64,000 bases of DNA from NCBI GenBank assembly GCA_041740615.1, contig JBGSLR010000026.1, positions 5,165-69,164 of the forward strand, in the 5' to 3' direction. Within the stretch, counting starts at the first letter, position 1. The number at the start of each line of letters is the position of its first letter. Position numbers and translations under genes: made by a program. The stretch is from Desulfobacterales bacterium. Lineage in GTDB: Bacteria > Desulfobacterota > Desulfobacteria > Desulfobacterales > SURF-7. Below, in pieces: positions 58,081 to 64,000 of the stretch. The notes beneath the pieces are model-generated. The model was not told the DNA's origin. It made no database searches and worked only from the letters and a program-made list of their open reading frames with translations.

Positions 58081-59521
58081 AATTCTGATTGTCGATGACG
58101 ACCCCCAACTGCGGCAGAGTTTCCAGAAGATCCTGTCAAGCGAAGGGCATACCCTGTTGACGGCCAATTCCGGGGAAGCCGGCATCGCCGTGGTCAAGGA
58201 GAACCAGCCGGACTTGGTGGTCATGGACGTGCGCATGCCGGGCATGAGCGGCCTGGAGGCCTTTGAAATGATGCATCAGCTCCATCCCAAGATGCCGGTC
58301 ATCATCATGACAGCTTACGGCACCACGGAAACCGCCATCGAGGCCACCAAAATGGGCGCATTTGATTACGTGCTCAAACCGTTCGAAATCCCGGACATTC
58401 TTGATCTCATCGAAAGAGCCCTTCAGGCCGGGCGTTTCATGCGGTCCCAGGTCACGGTAAACGCCCCGGCCAAATCCGTGATCCAGGATGCCATCGTAGG
58501 CCAGAGCGCTCCCATGCAGGAGGTGTACAAAGCCATCGGCCGCGCCGCTCCCACCGACGCCACGATTCTCATCCGCGGGGAATCCGGAACCGGCAAAGAA
58601 CTGGTGGCCCGTGCGATCTATCAGCACAGCCTGAGAGCCGACCAGCCGTTTCTGGTGATCAACTGTGTGGCGATACCCGAAACACTGTTGGAAAGTGAAT
58701 TGTTCGGTTATGAAAAAGGCGCCTTTACCGGCGCGGTGAACAGGCGGGTGGGCAAAATCGAGCAGGCCAACAACGGCACGGTTTTTCTGGATGAGATCGG
58801 CGACATGCCCTATAATATCCAAGCCAAGATTCTTCGCTTGCTGCAGGAGAAAAGTATTGAACGATTGGGAGGCCGGCAACCGATTCCCGTGGATGTCCGC
58901 ATCATCGCCGCCACCAATCGCGATCTGGAGGCGGCCGTTACGGAAGGGCGGTTCCGGGAAGATTTGTATTACCGCCTGAAAGTCGTCAGTCTGAATCTGC
59001 CGCCCTTGAGAGAACGACCGGAGGATCTGCCGTTGCTGATCGATTATTTCCTGCAGAAATTCAGTCGGGAGATGAATGTCACCGATCCCGGCAGATCGGA
59101 TGCCGCCTTGCACGCCTTGCGTCGGCATGCATGGCCGGGAAATGTTCGGGAACTGGCCAATACCATCCAGAAAGCGCTGATTTTCAGCCAGGGGGCGCCG
59201 TTTACAGAGGACGATATCATCCGTTCGATGGATGCCCATCACGGGCACCGGAAAGCATCCCGGGCCTCCGCTGCGGAAGGGTTTGAGTCCGGGTTGAGAG
59301 AGTGGGTGCACCAGATGCTCGTGTCAGCGGGCGAGGAAAACCTGTTCGACAGCATTATGGACTATTTCGGCGGTATCGTCACCCGTGAGGCCCTGAATAT
59401 CACCGAGGGAAATCGCACCCAGGCGGCAAAAATACTAGGGCTTTCCCGGCCGACCCTGTTGGCCCGCATTGAACGCTATGGCTTGAAAATCCAGACCGGT
59501 GTGAAGGGACCGGATGAGTGA
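58073..59521 (+). CDS. sigma-54-dependent Fis-family response regulator (NtrC/AtoC-like enhancer-binding protein)
   Basis: Receiver, AAA+ (GESGTGKE, GAFTGA, ESELFGYEKGAFTG) and a C-terminal HTH. It overlaps the kinase gene by 8 nt. Confidence 0.9.
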   Translation: MAKILIVDDDPQLRQSFQKILSSEGHTLLTANSGEAGIAVVKENQPDLVVMDVRMPGMSGLEAFEMMHQLHPKMPVIIMTAYGTTETAIEATKMGAFDYVLKPFEIPDILDLIERALQAGRFMRSQVTVNAPAKSVIQDAIVGQSAPMQEVYKAIGRAAPTDATILIRGESGTGKELVARAIYQHSLRADQPFLVINCVAIPETLLESELFGYEKGAFTGAVNRRVGKIEQANNGTVFLDEIGDMPYNIQAKILRLLQEKSIERLGGRQPIPVDVRIIAATNRDLEAAVTEGRFREDLYYRLKVVSLNLPPLRERPEDLPLLIDYFLQKFSREMNVTDPGRSDAALHALRRHAWPGNVRELANTIQKALIFSQGAPFTEDDIIRSMDAHHGHRKASRASAAEGFESGLREWVHQMLVSAGEENLFDSIMDYFGGIVTREALNITEGNRTQAAKILGLSRPTLLARIERYGLKIQTGVKGPDE

Positions 59522-59531
59522 CGTCGAATTT

Positions 59532-60635
59532 TCACCGCGCCATCAGGATATCTTCCAGGGCATTGACCAGCAAATCGCACTCCGCATCCGTGCCGATGGT
59601 GATGCGTAAATACTGTTCGATCCGGTCTTGGCGGAAATGGCGGACGATAATGGCCTTTTCCCTCAGAAGGCGGCTTATCTCTTCGGCATTCCGCTTTGGA
59701 TGCCGTGTAAAGACAAAATTGGCCTTGGACGGCAATACGTCGAATTGAAGGCGGTCGAGATCTTCCACCAGCTTATTTCGGGTTCGGATGATGCGCTGTC
59801 GGGTATTTTCAAAATATTCCCGGTCTTCCATCGCCGCCACCGCTCCCCGCAATGCCGGACGATCCAGCGGATAGGAATTGAAGCTGTTTTTGACACGCTC
59901 CAGGCCTTCGATCAGGTTTTCCCGGCCGAGCGCGAAACCGACCCGGAGGCCGGCCAATGACCGCGATTTGGATAAGGTCTGGACAACCAAGAGGTTCGGA
60001 TAGCGGTTGACCAACGAAACGGCGGTTTCTCCCCCAAAGTCGATATAGGCTTCATCGACGACCACAACGGATTCCGTATTTTGTTGTACCAGTTTTTCGA
60101 TGGCGCCGAGGGGCAAGGCGATTCCCGTCGGTGCGTTGGGGTTGGGGAAAACAATACCGCCGTTGGGACGCAGGAAGTCCTGGATGTTGATTTCAAAGCT
60201 CTCCGTAAGGGGCACGGTCTTGAAATCAATCCGGTACAATCGGCAATAAACCGGATAGAAACTATAGGATATATCCGGGAACAACAGCGGCTGTTCATGT
60301 TTCAGGAGTGCCTGAAAGGCATGGGCCAGCACTTCATCGGAACCGTTTCCCACGAATACCTGTTGCGGCGTCAGCCCATAATGGTCCGCGATGGTTTTTT
60401 TCAGTTCGTCCCCGTTGGGATCCGGATATAGCCGCAAGGTATCGGCGACTTCGGCTTTCATGGCCGCAAGTACCTTGGGCGAAGGTCCATAGGGGTTCTC
60501 ATTGGTGTTGAGCTTGATCAGATTGGTGATTTTGGGCTGTTCACCCGGCACATAGGGTTGTAGGTCGGCGACGACGTCGCTCCAGTAGCGGCTCATGACA
60601 GTTTCCCGATCAAAGGTAATAAATATGGGGAACAT
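59532..60635 (-). CDS. hisC: histidinol-phosphate aminotransferase
   Basis: [12 protein letters not shown], and PLP-binding [15 protein letters not shown]. Confidence 0.9.
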   Translation of the reverse strand: MFPIFITFDRETVMSRYWSDVVADLQPYVPGEQPKITNLIKLNTNENPYGPSPKVLAAMKAEVADTLRLYPDPNGDELKKTIADHYGLTPQQVFVGNGSDEVLAHAFQALLKHEQPLLFPDISYSFYPVYCRLYRIDFKTVPLTESFEINIQDFLRPNGGIVFPNPNAPTGIALPLGAIEKLVQQNTESVVVVDEAYIDFGGETAVSLVNRYPNLLVVQTLSKSRSLAGLRVGFALGRENLIEGLERVKNSFNSYPLDRPALRGAVAAMEDREYFENTRQRIIRTRNKLVEDLDRLQFDVLPSKANFVFTRHPKRNAEEISRLLREKAIIVRHFRQDRIEQYLRITIGTDAECDLLVNALEDILMAR

Positions 60636-60838
60636 TGCCGGTTTGTGACATCATGGCGACTGTTCGTAACCGAGGTTGATGGATGAACCGGCGATGCTCA
60701 CAAATCAATTCCATTTCGTGAACGTATGGATCCTTTACAAGCAAGCGTGGGCCTTGTCAAGGTTGCCGGATGCCGGAAAATGCAGCCGGCGAACCGGGTG
60801 GGAGCAGGTCGGCAATCCGTCACCAAAAAAATAAGGCA

Positions 60839-60867
60839 TTGTAAAAACAAAAAGATAACAGTATAAT
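60839..60867 (+). promoter_or_regulatory. sigma-70-like promoter for the ompA-family gene
   Basis: TTGTAA, a 17-nt spacer, then TATAAT (60862-67). Confidence 0.4.
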
Positions 60868-60938
60868 ACAGTACACTTTCTTTAAAATTGCCGGATTGTT
60901 GCAAGAAACGATTCGAACCATTCACCCCAATTCGGATA

Positions 60939-61721
60939 ATGACCCACATGCACATCAGAACCGTTTATCCCATCCTGATGATCAGTCTTTTCCTGCTGTT
61001 TCCGGCGATGGCGTTCCCCATGGATTTCTATGAATTCAATGACTACCTGGGGCTATGCCCCGTTTCCAAGACCCTGACCCAGATTTCCGATCGGGGTAGC
61101 TATCTGGCGACCGTGCAGGATTCCGATAAATTCGCCAAGATCTGCCCGCGGATCGAAAATGGGAAACGCGTCCTGATGCACAAATTGGATCCGGATCATT
61201 GGCTGATTCGCATCGATGCGAGCGAAATCCAATTTCGTTTCGAAGATCTCGGCTATGCGCCGACAAGGGGGGGGCGCTTCCGGCTGACCAAACTATGCGA
61301 CACATGCCCGAGTCGTCCCGCTCGATCCCCAGCGGCAGCCACAGCAGATGATGCCGGCCGAGGGAGCGCCGGTGCTCCCGGATCCGGGGAAGAACCGCAG
61401 AAATACGTCATTTTCGACTTTGACAAGGATATCGTCAAACCACCTTATTTTTATGTCATCAATGAAATCATCAAGGATCTGAAGGCCGACCCATCGGCGA
61501 AAGTGACCATAAACGGCCATACCTGCAGCATCGGCCCCAAGAAGTACAACCTGACGCTTTCGCAAAAACGCGCATTGGCGGTGAAGCGTTACATGATCCA
61601 AAAAGGGATAGCCGCCAATCGGATCGTAACGCAGGGTTTCGGATACGACAAACCCTTTGCCGGCAACGGGACCGCTGATGGACGCTCCCAGAATCGCCGG
61701 GTTGAGTTTATGCTTCGATGA
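60939..61721 (+). CDS. OmpA-family (OmpA_C peptidoglycan-binding) protein
   Basis: A signal peptide, and a C-terminal NGHTCSIGPKKYNLTLSQKRALAVKRYM...GFGYDKP..........NRRVEF. The start is uncertain (60888, 60939 or 60948). Confidence 0.8.
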   Translation: MTHMHIRTVYPILMISLFLLFPAMAFPMDFYEFNDYLGLCPVSKTLTQISDRGSYLATVQDSDKFAKICPRIENGKRVLMHKLDPDHWLIRIDASEIQFRFEDLGYAPTRGGRFRLTKLCDTCPSRPARSPAAATADDAGRGSAGAPGSGEEPQKYVIFDFDKDIVKPPYFYVINEIIKDLKADPSAKVTINGHTCSIGPKKYNLTLSQKRALAVKRYMIQKGIAANRIVTQGFGYDKPFAGNGTADGRSQNRRVEFMLR

Positions 61722-61743
61722 ATCCCAAATCGATTAAAATCAT

Positions 61744-62142
61744 TCATGATGGGAACCGCGGCAGTATCATTGGATCCACAATATGCAGGTGCATACGCTC
61801 GTCCCCTTGGATCAGGTCCTCGAACGATTGCTGCAGTTCCTGACATGCCATGGGGTCGGTCCGGGGAATAACCAGTCGGAAACGATTGAATCCGCGGCGA
61901 TCACGGACCTGCCTGCCGGTCCATGCCAACCGCGACAGGTGGGCCGGAATGTCATGGCCCGGATCGGCGGCGCATACGGCGATGAGAAGCCGTCCGCCGA
62001 TTTCCAAGAGATAGTCAACGGGCAGCCCTGCAAAGGCGTCCATATTCTTTACAACCCGGATATCGGAAAACACTTCCTCCGGACAGCCGCATCCGAGTAT
62101 GTCCCGCACAAAGGGTTCGATGATGTCTCGAAGCTTTTTCAT
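61744..62142 (-). CDS. hypothetical protein
   Basis: 132-aa ORF with no recognisable motif. Confidence 0.4.
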   Translation of the reverse strand: MKKLRDIIEPFVRDILGCGCPEEVFSDIRVVKNMDAFAGLPVDYLLEIGGRLLIAVCAADPGHDIPAHLSRLAWTGRQVRDRRGFNRFRLVIPRTDPMACQELQQSFEDLIQGDERMHLHIVDPMILPRFPS

Positions 62143-62504
62143 TACGGCTTTTTGACGATGGAAATGAGCGTCGTTTTGACCATTCTGCCAGTTACCAGGT
62201 CCATCCAGGGATTCTGGATCGTCACGTCGGCCTGGTCGCTTTTGAACATGGCGCCTTTGTCGGTGGTTCCCCTCATGGATCTAAGTCCGGACTGTTTGCT
62301 GTAGAATGCCGTCACGTCCACGACGCTGTCGGTGGTTTGAAAGCATGCCGCTTCGATCCCCATGGCGTTCTTCAGTTTTCTGGACGTCGCCGCGTCATCC
62401 TTGGCGTTTGGATAGACAGGGACTCCGAAGCGCTCCTCAGCCATTGTCGAAGCGACACCGATAAACCCCAAAATGGATATGGCGAGCAGTAATTTTTTAA
62501 CCAT
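62142..62504 (-). CDS. hypothetical secreted protein
   Basis: Trimmed to MVKKLLLAISILGFIGVASTMA, a signal peptide. Confidence 0.45.
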   Translation of the reverse strand: MVKKLLLAISILGFIGVASTMAEERFGVPVYPNAKDDAATSRKLKNAMGIEAACFQTTDSVVDVTAFYSKQSGLRSMRGTTDKGAMFKSDQADVTIQNPWMDLVTGRMVKTTLISIVKKP

Positions 62505-62544
62505 GGAACCACTCCTTTTTGTGATGTTCGTACCGGACAAACGA

Positions 62545-63504
62545 CTAATACAACTCTTCCGCCTGCCGGCGAATGTCCTCGGGTATCACGATGCCGATTT
62601 TTTCCGCCTGTGTTGCGTTTACATAGATGGAAGGGTTTTTCAGGTAGCGGACCGGCAATGTTCCCGGACTCTTTCCTTCCTTCAAAACCGATAGGACCAT
62701 TGGTAGAAGACATTCGTCCACCATTCGGAAATAATCGCTGGCGTATGCGGCAATCGCTCCACCGGCGACTCCGTTTTTGTGAACCGAAAATATCGGAATT
62801 TTTTGATTGGTGCAGATATCCAGAATCTGATTGACATTGTCGTACACGGTATCGCTGGATGTCAGTATAATTCCGTCCACTTTTTGGGCGAGCAACTTCC
62901 GGACGATGCCCGGCATTTCCGAAGGGGTGGTCATCAACGCGATTTTGTATTCCATTCCTAGTTGATTGGCGGCATATCGGAATTCGCCGACTTCCGCTCT
63001 CCGGCTTTTGGACTGCTTGTCGAAGAGCAAGCCGATTTTTTTCAAGCGGCCGCCCATAATGCGCTGGAACAGTTCCAACTGACGGACCGCCGGTACATAA
63101 TAGGTCACGCCGCTCATATTGCGGCCCGGCTTGTTGAGATTGCGGATGCCGTACAGCTTTGGATTGTTGACATTGGTAAACAACAAGGGGGTGTTATGAA
63201 CCTGATGAAATGCGGGCGCCATGGAATCGGAAGTGATGGTGATGATCAGATCATACCGTTGGGATTCCAGTTTCGTTAAAACGGTGATGGCTTTTTGTTC
63301 ATTCTCTTCACCGGAAAACTGATAAACCTCAAGAGAAGGCAATCCGGCGCCTTGCAATTTTTTTTCGATATAGGTTGCCACGGTGATCTCGCCCGCCGGA
63401 CGGATATCATAATCGAAAATCGCCACCCGATAGGTTTTTGAATAGGCTGGTAGGCTCTGGAGCAGGATCAGCAGCAATACCAGAACGCGTATTTTGAGAA
63501 TCAT
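62545..63504 (-). CDS. ABC transporter substrate-binding protein (uncharacterised COG2984-like periplasmic component)
   Basis: Trimmed to MILKIRVLVLLLILLQSLPAYSK, a signal peptide. The fold resembles a periplasmic substrate-binding protein of the uncharacterised ABC-type family (COG2984-like). Confidence 0.65.
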   Translation of the reverse strand: MILKIRVLVLLLILLQSLPAYSKTYRVAIFDYDIRPAGEITVATYIEKKLQGAGLPSLEVYQFSGEENEQKAITVLTKLESQRYDLIITITSDSMAPAFHQVHNTPLLFTNVNNPKLYGIRNLNKPGRNMSGVTYYVPAVRQLELFQRIMGGRLKKIGLLFDKQSKSRRAEVGEFRYAANQLGMEYKIALMTTPSEMPGIVRKLLAQKVDGIILTSSDTVYDNVNQILDICTNQKIPIFSVHKNGVAGGAIAAYASDYFRMVDECLLPMVLSVLKEGKSPGTLPVRYLKNPSIYVNATQAEKIGIVIPEDIRRQAEELY

Positions 63505-63674
63505 CGACGGTTCACCGATTCGCACGTTACAGCTCATTGAGGTGGCCTGAAATCGATAACAGGAGTGACGAATGCAATAGCTGTCCGTAACATACAACGA
63601 TTGAAGGAAATTGTCGAGTCGTATCTTGCTCGGCGGGCGTCCGGCAAACGCCGGAAACGGCGAATCGGAACCCA

Positions 63675-63703
63675 TTGACAGGAATCTGCGTTCCTGTATA
63701 ATC
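63675..63703 (+). promoter_or_regulatory. perfect-consensus sigma-70 promoter
   Basis: TTGACA (63675-80), a 17-nt spacer, then TATAAT (63698-703). It is followed by an RBS CAGGAGA and the ATG at 63747. Confidence 0.55.
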
Positions 63704-63746
63704 GGCCGGTTTTTTGTTGTTCGCAACCAATCAGGAGATAACCGGA

Positions 63747-64000
63747 AATGATTCAAAAGCTTTGTGTTTGCGTCATGATCGTCGGCCTATGGCTTCCGTC
63801 ATCGGCCCTTTCTCAGACACCCCAGGAACTTCGCGCCGGGATCGGATACGCGTATCAATCGGTAGGGGATGGGAAGTTGGGAATCGAGTATGCACTGACG
63901 ATTTTCCATGATGAGGAAAGAATCGAAGATGTCGCTGCGAGCCTGAGTCGCGCCGCCAAGGTCAAGGACCTGATTGTGGACAATTCGTTGCGCTTCAGCT
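63747..64000 (+). CDS. hypothetical secreted protein, 5' part (runs off the window)
   Basis: MIQKLCVCVMIVGLWLPSSALSQ is a signal peptide. The frame is open to the end of the window. Confidence 0.4.

Overview
This 64 kb window looks like chromosomal DNA from a GC-rich (about 55 %) Deltaproteobacteria-like (Desulfobacterota-like) organism. No rRNA, tRNA, CRISPR array, transposase or integrase was found. All promoter, motif and domain calls below were made by eye from the sequence, without database searches.

**1-9.3 kb (conserved core).** The distal part of the ribosomal-protein supercluster, all on the plus strand: rpsQ C-terminus, rplN, rplX, rplE, zinc-type rpsN, rpsH, rplF, rplR, rpsE, rpmD, rplO, secY, infA, rpmJ, rpsM, rpsK, rpsD, rpoA and rplQ. 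It ends in a rho-independent terminator. adk and map are missing from the secY-infA junction.

**9.4-25 kb.**
- An NhaP-type cation:proton antiporter fused to an RCK domain.
- A DUF4382-like lipoprotein.
- A sigma-54-promoted three-gene split glutamate synthase (glutamine amidotransferase subunit; FMN plus ferredoxin subunit; GXGXG domain fused to a GltD-like subunit).
- carA, carB and purF directly downstream, making a co-directional cluster of glutamine-dependent enzymes.

**25-39 kb (accessory-like).**
- A PaaI-type thioesterase.
- An orphan 469-aa low-complexity protein.
- A DUF134 DNA-binding protein paired with an Mrp/NBP35 (ApbC) ATPase.
- A pspA-like / yqiJ (NfeD-like) / yqiK (flotillin) membrane-stress module. 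It is flanked by two nested inverted-repeat elements.
- An enoyl-CoA hydratase, a STAS-like protein, a membrane GGDEF diguanylate cyclase, two tandem-Usp proteins and a receiver-CBS response regulator.

**39-59.5 kb (the most unusual region).** A dense signalling island, almost entirely on the minus strand:
- three DASS/CitMHS-type anion transporters, two of them a recent tandem duplicate;
- two paralogous Cache-sensor histidine kinases, a hybrid kinase and a further kinase;
- seven single-domain receiver proteins and a PAS protein with a degenerate, His-less DHp domain;
- a solitary PstS-like binding protein and a third tandem-Usp gene;
- a divergently encoded NtrC-like sigma-54 activator.

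The island carries at least five sigma-54 promoters matching TGGCA[CT]-N5-TTGCT. Between one of them and a transporter lies a structured leader with a 16-bp inverted repeat.

**59.5-64 kb.** hisC, an OmpA-family protein, two small hypotheticals, an ABC substrate-binding protein, and the start of a secreted hypothetical behind a perfect consensus sigma-70 promoter.
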